Assembly (NCBI GenBank): GCA_003542355.1
Contig: DPKU01000019.1
Location: 287 to 24,952 of the forward strand
Source: Clostridiales bacterium
Lineage (GTDB): Bacteria; Bacillota; Clostridia; Peptostreptococcales; Anaerovoracaceae
Reading direction: 5' to 3'
Length of the DNA stretch: 24,666 nucleotides
This document shows, piece after piece, positions 1 to 7,358 of the stretch. A program made the translations under genes and the position numbers. How positions within the stretch are numbered: the stretch's first letter is position 1; each line of letters begins with the position of its first letter. The notes beneath the pieces are model-generated. The model made no database searches. It saw nothing but the letters and a program-made list of their open reading frames with translations, and was not told the origin of the DNA.

Positions 1-278
1 TTGTTCACAAAATTCGCTGCGGCCAAGGCATTGGTCTCGCTCTCGCCTTGTCCGTTCACAAATTCGATGGTGCAGGTCTCGCCGTCAACAAACCCCGCGT
101 CTTCCAGGCCCTGAACGATACCATTGTAGCAGTTGTCCAGAGATGCGTGGGGTGCAAACTGCAGGATGCCGATCTTCGGGAGACCCTCTGTCTGTTCTCC
201 TCCGGAACAGGCCGAGGCCGAGACGATCATCGCCAGCGTCATGATCAAAATAAGACATTTTTTCATCGTGTTTTTCAT
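1..278 (-). CDS. ABC transporter substrate-binding lipoprotein (ABC_sub_bind/TrpX-like, probably tryptophan); partial, runs off the window start
   Basis: Absent from the ORF track; translated by hand from ATG 278: MKNTMKKCLILIMTLAMIVSASAC-SGGEQTEGLPKIGILQFAPHASLDNCYNGIVQGLEDAGFVDGETCTIEFVNGQGESETNALAAANFVN. Has a lipoprotein signal ending in lipobox ASAC, the family-typical KIGILQ..H.SLD...G...GL motif, and RBS GGAGG 8 nt upstream. Lies directly behind a Trp T-box. Confidence 0.88.
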   Translation of the reverse strand, partial: MKNTMKKCLILIMTLAMIVSASACSGGEQTEGLPKIGILQFAPHASLDNCYNGIVQGLEDAGFVDGETCTIEFVNGQGESETNALAAANFVN

Positions 279-352
279 TTTTGGTTCCTCCCATGAATCG
301 TTCATGATTTGCTTGTGGCAGATGGACACTTTTTTGCCGAAAAAGCGCTGAT

Positions 353-393
353 AAAAAAATCGCTTTTGTCCCTGTTACGGGACAAAAGCGATT
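353..393 (-). terminator. T-box intrinsic terminator
   Basis: Perfect 15-bp stem (358-372 pairs with 379-393), 6-nt loop, followed by a U-run on the minus strand. Confidence 0.92.
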
Positions 394-615
394 GCTTCTG
401 CGATACCACCCGAATTGACGATAAACGTCCACTCGCTTACGCGTACCATCATACGCGCCCCGATGGATAACGGGTGGGTTCCCGTCGGCATCTACTCGAA
501 GTTTCCTTCTTTCAAGCCGCCCTCAGAAGTCCATTCAACTGCTGCGCCCTGTTCCGATCCCACCCTCCGGAACTCTCTGAAAGTTTGCTGTTGCAGTTTA
601 CTCGTCTTCATCAAC
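353..615 (-). ncRNA. T-box riboswitch, tryptophan specifier (UGG)
   Basis: The minus strand reads AUGAAGACGAGUAA...AGAGAG...GGGUGGGAUC...GAA-UGG (specifier at 533-531)...AAUUCGGG-UGGUAUC-GC. The antiterminator folds as CGGG[UGGUAUC]GCAGAAGC-AAUC-GCUUUUGU-CCCG (412-378) and is mutually exclusive with the terminator at 353-393. Confidence 0.93.
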
Positions 616-643
616 GGTTTCTGATCATTGGATTGTTGTCAGT

Positions 644-671
644 ATTATAGCACGGCGAAAAAGGGTGTCAA
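644..671 (-). promoter_or_regulatory. sigmaA promoter of the T-box/ABC transporter operon
   Basis: TTGACA (671-666), 16-nt spacer, TATAAT (649-644) preceded by TGC (extended -10). Confidence 0.85.
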
Positions 672-678
672 GCTTTTT

Positions 679-1053
679 TTATGCTTTCCAGAGGCCGTGG
701 AGGTTGCAGTACTCGTACACCGTTTCCACCGCATCCGAATCGCTGAGCATGAACACGGCCATGGATTCGTCCTCGGGCGTCAGATATTTGACTTCACAGC
801 CTTCCTTTGTGACCATGCAGATCCACTCGATATAATGCTCCGGCGTCATGGGATGATCCACACTGCCGACTTTTACTACGACTTTCTTGCCATCTTTGCT
901 CACGATGGGTACATGCTTTTCTGTAGCGGCGTCGATCGAGCCGGCTACCAGTTCATCCATTTCCTGGCCGCAGCATACGACGCGGATCCCGCTGTCCTTC
1001 AGATGAGTGATGATGTTGCCGCAGATTTCGCATCTGTAAAATTTCTGTTCCAT
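679..1053 (-). CDS. dfx: Desulfoferrodoxin / class I (2Fe) superoxide reductase
   Basis: N-terminal CEICGN...VCCG desulforedoxin site; catalytic EKHVP, HPM, HYIEWI and CNLHG motifs; RBS AAGGAG. Confidence 0.95.
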   Translation of the reverse strand: MEQKFYRCEICGNIITHLKDSGIRVVCCGQEMDELVAGSIDAATEKHVPIVSKDGKKVVVKVGSVDHPMTPEHYIEWICMVTKEGCEVKYLTPEDESMAVFMLSDSDAVETVYEYCNLHGLWKA

Positions 1054-1085
1054 AGTGTTCTCCTTCCATATTCAGCGATGATGAA

Positions 1086-1625
1086 TTATTTATAGGTCTC
1101 GTTATTGACCATCATGTGTTTAAGTGGATGGTCGCAAACAGGACAGATTTCCAGCGCATCGGTGCCGGTGTAAATATGTCCGCAATTGGTGCACTGCCAG
1201 ACGACCTCGGTGTCCTTTTTAAACACTTTACCGTTTTTGACGTTCTCGGCTAAAATCTTATAGCGCTTTTCGTGCTCCTTCTCTACAGAAGCGACACCTT
1301 CCAGTTTTTCGGCGATCTCTGGAAAGCCTTCTTCCCGGGCCGTCTCAGCCATGTCTTTATACATGCTGGTCCATTCGTAATGCTCGCCTGCGGCAGCGTC
1401 CAGAAGGTTTTCTTCTGTGGTGCCGATGCCGTGTGACAGCTTGAACCAAAGCTTTGCATGTTCTTTTTCGTTGAGCGCCGTTTCGTCGAACAGGTCTCCG
1501 ATCTGATTATATCCTTCCGATCTTGCTTTTGACGCATAGTAATTATACTTGTTTCTTGCCTGAGATTCTCCGGCAAAAGCCGTCATCAGATTCTCCAGTG
1601 TCTTGGTGCCTTTAAGTTCTTTCAC
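1086..1625 (-). CDS. rbr: Rubrerythrin
   Basis: [43 protein letters not shown] di-iron motifs; C-terminal CTNCG...CPVC rubredoxin site; GTG start with RBS GGAGG. Confidence 0.96.
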   Translation of the reverse strand: MKELKGTKTLENLMTAFAGESQARNKYNYYASKARSEGYNQIGDLFDETALNEKEHAKLWFKLSHGIGTTEENLLDAAAGEHYEWTSMYKDMAETAREEGFPEIAEKLEGVASVEKEHEKRYKILAENVKNGKVFKKDTEVVWQCTNCGHIYTGTDALEICPVCDHPLKHMMVNNETYK

Positions 1626-1642
1626 TTGGTCCTCCTTCTGTA

Positions 1643-2056
1643 TCAGTGTTCTTCAACTGTAACTTTGTTCTGATTTGATTCACATGCGTGACAAATTCCT
1701 TGAAACTGCATGCTCTCAGGAGCAACGGTCATCCCTGTTTGCTTGTGGATGCGATTCATCAGGCGAACGATATCCCCGGATACGTCCTCCGGCAGGTCTA
1801 CAAAAGCGCCGCAGGAAGCACACTGAAGGTGAAAATGCACACGTGTATTGTGGTCAAACCGGTCCTTGTTCCCATAAATCGGAATGCGCAGCAATTCACC
1901 CGCCTCGGTCAGCTGGTTGAGGTTCCGATAGACGGTGCCCAGACTGATGTTGGGGTTGTCGCGCCTGACGGACTTATAGATTTGATCTGCTGTTGGGTGC
2001 TGTGCGTTTGAGACCACCGCATCCATGATCTGTTCCCGTTGCTTGGAATATCGCAT
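1643..2056 (-). CDS. perR: Fur-family regulator, PerR-like
   Basis: Start moved to MRYSKQR (RBS CAGGAG). Motifs [27 protein letters not shown] and GICHAC. Asp in 'FVD' at the PerR-type position. First gene of the rbr-dfx operon. Confidence 0.82.
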   Translation of the reverse strand: MRYSKQREQIMDAVVSNAQHPTADQIYKSVRRDNPNISLGTVYRNLNQLTEAGELLRIPIYGNKDRFDHNTRVHFHLQCASCGAFVDLPEDVSGDIVRLMNRIHKQTGMTVAPESMQFQGICHACESNQNKVTVEEH

Positions 2057-2074
2057 CGCTTCTCCTGTGGCAAG

Positions 2075-2095
2075 TAATAACAATTCCTATTATTA
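2075..2095. promoter_or_regulatory. Putative PerR/Fur operator (TAATAA-N9-TTATTA)
   Basis: AT-rich inverted repeat with 12/19 match to the Fur box by hand. It lies immediately downstream of the perR -10 and covers the likely transcription start. Confidence 0.6.
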
Positions 2096-2123
2096 GCATA
2101 CCACAAGGCAATGCTGATTGCAA
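2095..2123 (-). promoter_or_regulatory. sigmaA promoter of perR-rbr-dfx
   Basis: TTGCAA (2123-2118), 17-nt spacer, TATGCT (2100-2095). Confidence 0.62.
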
Positions 2124-2130
2124 GAGAAAA

Positions 2131-3051
2131 TCACTTCTGTCGGCACAAAGCTGCCGCGATGTTCGTGCCGATCAGGGCGTTGTTCAGCACCAGCGCCTGA
2201 TTTGCGCGCAGCGCTCTGCCTTCTGTAAGATCCACGATTTTTTGCAGGACATAAGGTGTCACGCGGCTCCCTGTGATCCCTTCCTCTGCGCTCAGGTCCA
2301 GCGCTTTACGGATGATCTGATCGATTTCTTCAAATGGGATCTCATCTTGTTGAGGGATCGGACACGTTACCAGGATTCCGCCTTTTAAATCAAGATTTCG
2401 TTTCCTGTGGATCAGGCAGGCTATCTCCGCCGGGTCATCCATGCGCAGCGGCGCCGGACAACCGCTGGAGGAACTGTAAAAAGCGGGAAACGCATCGGAG
2501 CCGAATACGATCACAGGAACGCCGCCGGTCTCCAGATATTCCAAAGTAGCCGGTATATCCAGCAGACTCTTGCAACCTGCGCATACCACTGTCACATCGG
2601 TTTGTTTCAACTCTTCCAGGTCGGCAGAAATGTCAAAGCTCTCACCGGCGCCCCGATGCACACCACCTACGCCTCCCGTAACAAATACTGGGATACCAGC
2701 CATCTTTGCGATGATCATCGTGCCGGCTACCGTTGTGGCGCCATCCTTTTGCATCGCGATCACCACCGGAAGGTCCCGCCGGCTGACTTTGCGAACTCCT
2801 TTTGCAGTTGCCAGGTATTCGATCTGCTCCTGGGTAAGGCCTACCTTGATACGGCCACCGATCACTGCGATGGTTGCAGGTACGCCTCCCTTTCGTCGGA
2901 CAATGGCTTCTACAGCCAGCGCCGTTTCCACATTGGCCGGATAGGGCATTCCGTGTGATATGATGGTGGTTTCCAGCGCTACCACAGGTTTGCCGACTTC
3001 CAGGGCGTCCCTGACTTCAGCAGATATATCCATGTAAGCATTCATTTCCAT
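2131..3051 (-). CDS. psuG: Pseudouridine-5'-phosphate glycosidase
   Basis: VVALETTIISHGMPYP.N, KVSRRD, ATTVAGT, TGGVGGVHRG, DISADL.EL, G.KSLLD and G..VTP..L motifs. Start set at MEMNAY (RBS GGAG). Confidence 0.96.
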   Translation of the reverse strand: MEMNAYMDISAEVRDALEVGKPVVALETTIISHGMPYPANVETALAVEAIVRRKGGVPATIAVIGGRIKVGLTQEQIEYLATAKGVRKVSRRDLPVVIAMQKDGATTVAGTMIIAKMAGIPVFVTGGVGGVHRGAGESFDISADLEELKQTDVTVVCAGCKSLLDIPATLEYLETGGVPVIVFGSDAFPAFYSSSSGCPAPLRMDDPAEIACLIHRKRNLDLKGGILVTCPIPQQDEIPFEEIDQIIRKALDLSAEEGITGSRVTPYVLQKIVDLTEGRALRANQALVLNNALIGTNIAAALCRQK

Positions 3052-3061
3052 CGTTTCTCCT

Positions 3062-3973
3062 TTATCGTATCCAACCCGTTCCAAGGCATCGATTCACCGG
3101 CTCCTGCACTTGAATGGTCAGGCTGCCTGCACGGATCGCATTTTCAGCGATGCTTTTGATGTCCATATCCCGTGCGATCCCATCCGCAATGGCCGCCGAC
3201 ATAGCGTCCCCGGCACCCGTCACACTGATCAGATGATCAGTCCGAGGCGGATACAGCCTTCCGCGGGTCCGCCGATCCATATAGAAAACACCGTCTTTCC
3301 CTAAAGAAATAAAGATCATGCCCACACCTTGCTCAATAAAATAAGCCCCAGCGGCCTCCAGATCCCAGTCGCTATGGATCGCAAATCCTGCCAGTGCTTC
3401 CGCTTCCAGCCGATTGGGCTTCAGCGCATAGCAGGAAGACAGTATGGGTCGAATGCGACGCGCTTTTTCAACAGAGACCGGATCGATAAAGATCTTCCGG
3501 TCCGCAAAGCAATGGCCGCAGTAATGGAGGGTCTCTTCTGTCAGATTGGTGTCCAGAACGATCACAGGGATATCAACGAAAGAGGACTCAAAGAGTTGTA
3601 TCTTTTGAGGCGTGATGCGCTCCAGAATGCTCATATCCGCTAAAGCCAGCGTCATTTCACCGCCTTCATCCAGGATGGAAAGATACATTGCCGTACGCTC
3701 TTCCGTCAGCGTCAGAACACCGTTTGCATCCACGCCGATATCAGTCAGCGAACCGATCGCCTCTTTCCCCAGGGCATCAGCGCCGATCGCTGAAAAGAAG
3801 GAGACCTGATTGTCCCCCATCCAGTGCAGGTTTTCGGCGATGTTGCGCCCAACGCCACCGTAAGAGACTCTAACGGTTCCCGGATTGGAATCTGCCGGAA
3901 TCAGCGCGCCAAAGGGCTGTCCTTCCAAATCGACGGCAATGCCGCCGATCACACCGATACGCTTCATTCTCAC
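3062..3973 (-). CDS. psuK: PfkB-family kinase, probable pseudouridine kinase (no N-terminal HTH)
   Basis: GGVGRNIAENL, SAIGADALG, KPNRLEAE, SLGKDGV and TGAGD motifs; ends 10 nt before psuG. Confidence 0.85.
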   Translation of the reverse strand: MRMKRIGVIGGIAVDLEGQPFGALIPADSNPGTVRVSYGGVGRNIAENLHWMGDNQVSFFSAIGADALGKEAIGSLTDIGVDANGVLTLTEERTAMYLSILDEGGEMTLALADMSILERITPQKIQLFESSFVDIPVIVLDTNLTEETLHYCGHCFADRKIFIDPVSVEKARRIRPILSSCYALKPNRLEAEALAGFAIHSDWDLEAAGAYFIEQGVGMIFISLGKDGVFYMDRRTRGRLYPPRTDHLISVTGAGDAMSAAIADGIARDMDIKSIAENAIRAGSLTIQVQEPVNRCLGTGWIR

Positions 3974-3979
3974 ACGCTC

Positions 3980-5518
3980 CTACGAGATGATGCTTCCGCC
4001 GATGAATTCACGAATGATGGAATTGTTCACGATGATAGAATCGTCCTCCAGTTCATCCACAAAACCCAAAATGCGCAGCAACCGTCTGGATTCTGTATAT
4101 TCTTCTTCGTTCTCGCCGATCTCCTCCAGCAGAGGCTGGGCATACTTTTTGAGCGCCGCCATTTCGTACACGTGGACTGAATTGAAAATGGCATCGGCCT
4201 GATCGCTGTAGGGGAAAATGTTTACATCTTCTCCTGCCCGGACCTTGGGCCAGGCCTCGATGGTCTGACGGGCATCCCAGCCTCGTTTTGCGGCGTCCCT
4301 TATAATGCGTCGAAGTTTCCGCACATCGGTGAGCGGGATCCTGTTGTGGTTGTCGATGCGGACCATCGTAAGCGGGCTGATATAGATTTTGAATTTCTGC
4401 TCCACCGGGATCTGCCGGGAAAGCGCATCGTTCAGTCCGTGGATCCCCTCAATAACGATGGGTTGATCAGGCTGCGCCTGAAGGATCCGCCGGCCGAACA
4501 CTTTCGTTCCGGTAGCGAAATCGAAGTGCGGAATATCCACCTCCTCACCTGCCAGCAAAGCGTTCATATGACGATTGAAGAGTTCTACATCCAGAGAGTC
4601 CAGGTTTTCAAAATTCTTCGTGCCGTCAGGTCCCGGTTGGACCAGCTCCCTTTCCAGATAGTAATCATCTGTGCCCAGGTAGATAGGCTTCCGGCCATTG
4701 ACCCAAAGCTGTGTGCACAATCGGTGTGCAAAAGTAGTTTTCCCCGAAGAGGTGGGCCCGGCGATCAGTACGATGCGCTTCTTTTCCCGGACGATCTGGT
4801 CGGCGATGCCGGCGATATTCTTTTCGTGGAGCGCTTCGGAAATCTGGATGATCTCCCGCATCTCTCCGCTCTTGATCCGGTCGTTCAAATCGTCCATATA
4901 ATGGATGCCCAGCATGTTGTTCCACTTTTCCTGCTCCTGAAAAGCCTTGTGAAGCTTTTTATCATCCCTGTAAGGCGGCAGTCCGTGAGGATGTGCTGCT
5001 TCGGGAATCCGAATAATAATGCCGTTGCGGCACTTTTTCAGATCGAATTCTTTTATATAACCCGTGGATGGGACAACGAGCTGCAGGTCCGAGTTGATCT
5101 CAAAAAACGGAATATTCTCCTTCGCCAGTTTTTTCATGGCGGTTTCGATCCGCGCCACCTCGCGGGGGCCTGGTGTACGGATCCCGGATATCTTCGTAAA
5201 GATTCCGCGATTCAGAGAATGGGCGATCACGACGGAAGCTTTGGGAAAGACCCGTCGCACCGCCTCCAGATAAAGCTCGACCACACTGTTCTGATAGGCC
5301 TGGTTACCGGAGGGGTCCCGCAGATCCAGAAAGGTGACCTCTGATTCTCCGTACAACTGGGTATCCAGGCCTACCACATGGTTATCCAGCCTTGCGGCAA
5401 CGATATCGTAGGGCAGCTGTTCCCGGTAACGGCCCGCCAATTCGGCAATGGTCGTGCCCGACTCGACTGTTATGGGTATCCCTTGCGCTTTGGGAAAGGG
5501 TTTCACTGTGATCAACAT
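3980..5518 (-). CDS. Nucleoside (uridine) kinase fused to a ThrRS-like N-terminal TGS region (COG0572 long form)
   Basis: Start at MLITVKP (ATG 5518, RBS GAGGA). TGS-like N-terminus (IVAARLDNHVVGL), Walker A IAGPTSSGKTT, TDDYY, IEGIHGLN and RRIIRD...RG. Confidence 0.87.
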   Translation of the reverse strand: MLITVKPFPKAQGIPITVESGTTIAELAGRYREQLPYDIVAARLDNHVVGLDTQLYGESEVTFLDLRDPSGNQAYQNSVVELYLEAVRRVFPKASVVIAHSLNRGIFTKISGIRTPGPREVARIETAMKKLAKENIPFFEINSDLQLVVPSTGYIKEFDLKKCRNGIIIRIPEAAHPHGLPPYRDDKKLHKAFQEQEKWNNMLGIHYMDDLNDRIKSGEMREIIQISEALHEKNIAGIADQIVREKKRIVLIAGPTSSGKTTFAHRLCTQLWVNGRKPIYLGTDDYYLERELVQPGPDGTKNFENLDSLDVELFNRHMNALLAGEEVDIPHFDFATGTKVFGRRILQAQPDQPIVIEGIHGLNDALSRQIPVEQKFKIYISPLTMVRIDNHNRIPLTDVRKLRRIIRDAAKRGWDARQTIEAWPKVRAGEDVNIFPYSDQADAIFNSVHVYEMAALKKYAQPLLEEIGENEEEYTESRRLLRILGFVDELEDDSIIVNNSIIREFIGGSIIS

Positions 5519-5545
5519 AATATATCCTCTCGTTTTGTTTGAATG

Positions 5546-5567
5546 ATGTGCTATAATTGTACCACAT
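5546..5567. promoter_or_regulatory. Overlapping divergent extended -10 promoters (alkA-like gene on +, nucleoside kinase operon on -)
   Basis: TGC-TATAAT on + (5549-5557) and TGG-TACAAT on - (5564-5556), both inside the quasi-palindrome ATGTGCTATAATTGTACCACAT. Confidence 0.6.
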
Positions 5568-5590
5568 GATTTCAAGTGCGAGGTAGGAAA

Positions 5591-6232
5591 TTGTATTTTC
5601 AATACGATCAGAACGATATCGATTATCTGAAAAAAAAAGATGCGAAGCTGGCCATAGCCATCGACAGGATCGGTCCGATCCAAAGGCCAGTCCAGGACGA
5701 TTTGTATGCGTCACTTGTGAACAGCATCGTCGGCCAGCAGATCTCCACGGCAGCCCACCGCACGATCTGGACCCGGATGACGGATCACTACGGAACACTG
5801 ACACCGGAAAAGATCTGCAGCACAGCGCTGGAAGACCTTCAGAGATTTGGCATTTCTTTCCGAAAGGCTTCTTACATCCTGGAGAATTCGAACAAGATCT
5901 GTTCCGGAGAATTCGATTTGGAGGGGCTGACCGAAAAGAGTGACGAAGAGGTTATACAAGCGCTCTCCTCATTGAAGGGGATCGGCGTATGGACCGCTGA
6001 GATGCTGATGCTTTTCTGCATGCAGCGGCCTGACATCGTCAGCTACGGTGATCTGGCCATTCTGCGCGGAATGCGAATGTTATACCGTCACCGGACAATG
6101 GACCGCAAGCGCTTTGACAAATACCGCAGGCGATACTCCCCCAAAGGCTCTGTTGCCAGCTTGTACCTCTGGGCCATCGCTTCGGGGATGTTCCCGGAAT
6201 GGAGCGATCCGGCTGCCCGAAAGAAAAAATGA
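5591..6232 (+). CDS. DNA-3-methyladenine glycosylase family (AlkA-like, HhH-GPD)
   Basis: SIVGQQIS, RFGISFRKASYI, HhH motif LKGIGVWTAEM and RPD...GDLAI. Probable TTG start after AGGTAGGA; GTG at 5576 is an alternative. Confidence 0.88.
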   Translation: MYFQYDQNDIDYLKKKDAKLAIAIDRIGPIQRPVQDDLYASLVNSIVGQQISTAAHRTIWTRMTDHYGTLTPEKICSTALEDLQRFGISFRKASYILENSNKICSGEFDLEGLTEKSDEEVIQALSSLKGIGVWTAEMLMLFCMQRPDIVSYGDLAILRGMRMLYRHRTMDRKRFDKYRRRYSPKGSVASLYLWAIASGMFPEWSDPAARKKK

Positions 6233-6253
6233 GCGGCCATTTGCAGCCGCTCA
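6224..6253 (-). terminator. Intrinsic terminator of the YdbC-like gene, overlapping the glycosylase stop
   Basis: 8-bp stem TGAGCGGC/GCCGCTCA, then six U on the minus strand (the A-run in the KKK codons of the + gene). Confidence 0.7.
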
Positions 6254-6263
6254 CCCTCCGTTT

Positions 6264-6605
6264 TTATGCTTCTTCCGCCGCATCGACGGTCATATCCCTT
6301 TCCGAAAACCAGTCGAACAAAGTCTTTGCTTCCCAGGGTGTGAGCGTGATCCCTCTGGACATTTTCTTGTGATCTTCCGACCATTCCCGAAGATCGTATT
6401 TTTCCGGATTTCCGTTCCACGAAACCACGTTCAGTTCCTTTGTCCAACCACCCGAACTGGTTTTTAAAACACCAATGTGCTCGATGATTTCATAGGTAAA
6501 CTCTTCTCCTTTGGCCAAACTCGGCTGGGAAGCGCCCTTCTCGGTCTCCCGATTTTTCTTGTACGCCTTTGCGGTCTCCATCACTTCGATCACGTTGCCT
6601 TTCAT
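6264..6605 (-). CDS. YdbC-family PC4-like ssDNA-binding protein with an N-terminal extension
   Basis: FTYEIIEHIGVL...GWTKELN.VSWNG...KYDLREW..DH.KM..GITLT is the PC4/YdbC signature; strong RBS AGGAAAGGA. Confidence 0.88.
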   Translation of the reverse strand: MKGNVIEVMETAKAYKKNRETEKGASQPSLAKGEEFTYEIIEHIGVLKTSSGGWTKELNVVSWNGNPEKYDLREWSEDHKKMSRGITLTPWEAKTLFDWFSERDMTVDAAEEA

Positions 6606-6649
6606 ATCGTTTCCTTTCCTGTTTCCCGTTCATCGCCAACGTGATCCAT

Positions 6650-6678
6650 ATTATACTTTATTTACCATTTTATGTCAA
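6650..6678 (-). promoter_or_regulatory. Consensus sigmaA promoter of the YdbC-like gene
   Basis: TTGACA (6678-6673), 17-nt spacer, TATAAT (6655-6650). Confidence 0.85.
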
Positions 6679-6700
6679 GTTATCGATCTCTGCAGCCCAT

Positions 6701-6728
6701 TTTCAAGCAGCATCCCATGTGTTACAAT
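6701..6728 (+). promoter_or_regulatory. Promoter of the uridine-kinase-like gene, probably leaderless
   Basis: TGT-TACAAT (6720-6728) ends 6 nt before ATG 6735; TTTCAA at 6701-6706; no Shine-Dalgarno. Confidence 0.55.
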
Positions 6729-6734
6729 AGCGTC

Positions 6735-7307
6735 ATGAATCAAGCTATTGAAAAAATATACCCGGCGTTGGAAGAGGCTCTTCGTGCCGGATCCTCGACC
6801 GTGGTGGCCATCGACGGACCCTGTGCTTCGGGCAAAACGACCCTTGCAGAAACACTCCAGAAGCGCTATGACGGCAGAGTCATCCCTCTGGATGACTTCT
6901 TTCTGCCCCAGACGCTGCGCACCGAAGAGAGATATGCCACACCAGGCGGAAATGTACACTATGAGCGATTCCTCGAAGAGATCGCTCCGTTTTTACATCC
7001 CGATCAAATCGGGAAACCTTTGCTTTATCTGCCGTTTGACTGCAAAACGATGTCGTTTCGTCCTCGCCGCCGGATTCCCTGGGCGCCTCTTACCATCGTG
7101 GAAGGATCCTACGCCCTTCACGAAGCATTGCGCCACTTATACGATATCCGTATTTTTCTGACCATCGACCCAGAGGAGCAAGAGCGTCGCATCCTTTCAA
7201 GAGAAGGCCGGGAGGGATTGATGGTTTTTCAGGAGCGATGGATCCCCCTTGAAAACCTCTATTTTACGTCTGTGCACCCGGAACAGTTCTGTGATTTTGT
7301 CCTATAA
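6735..7307 (+). CDS. Small uridine-kinase-like P-loop kinase
   Basis: VVAIDGPCASGKTT, LDDFFLP, IVEGSY, R..RI..R.G and W.PLE..YF. Start set at MNQAIE. Confidence 0.8.
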   Translation: MNQAIEKIYPALEEALRAGSSTVVAIDGPCASGKTTLAETLQKRYDGRVIPLDDFFLPQTLRTEERYATPGGNVHYERFLEEIAPFLHPDQIGKPLLYLPFDCKTMSFRPRRRIPWAPLTIVEGSYALHEALRHLYDIRIFLTIDPEEQERRILSREGREGLMVFQERWIPLENLYFTSVHPEQFCDFVL

Positions 7308-7358
7308 AAAACCCGGCGGAACCTCCGGACCTTTCTGTTCTGTTTCTGCATCATGATA

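Noticed and set aside
292-348. Small hairpins CATGAA-TCG-TTCATG and CGCTTTTT...AAAAAGTG between the T-box terminator and the RBS
   Set aside because: Short and AT-rich, and they do not sequester the Shine-Dalgarno. No support for a second regulatory element.
48-624. Track ORFs 48-296, 85-432, 133-351 and 415-624
   Set aside because: They overlap the real lipoprotein CDS (minus strand, start 278) and the T-box RNA, and show no motifs.
4346-5344. Long antisense ORFs (4346-5344, 14808-15737, 18184-19029, 20292-21029, 23617-24396)
   Set aside because: Each is a shadow frame of a well-supported gene on the other strand, with no RBS or family motifs.
5519-5683. N-terminal 55 aa of the 567-aa track ORF
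   Set aside because: It overlaps the divergent promoters and the glycosylase start. ATG 5518 has the RBS and begins the recognisable domain.
7305-7330. Possible terminator CGGA-ACC-TCCG between convergent genes
   Set aside because: The stem is only about 4 bp and lacks a convincing U-tract.
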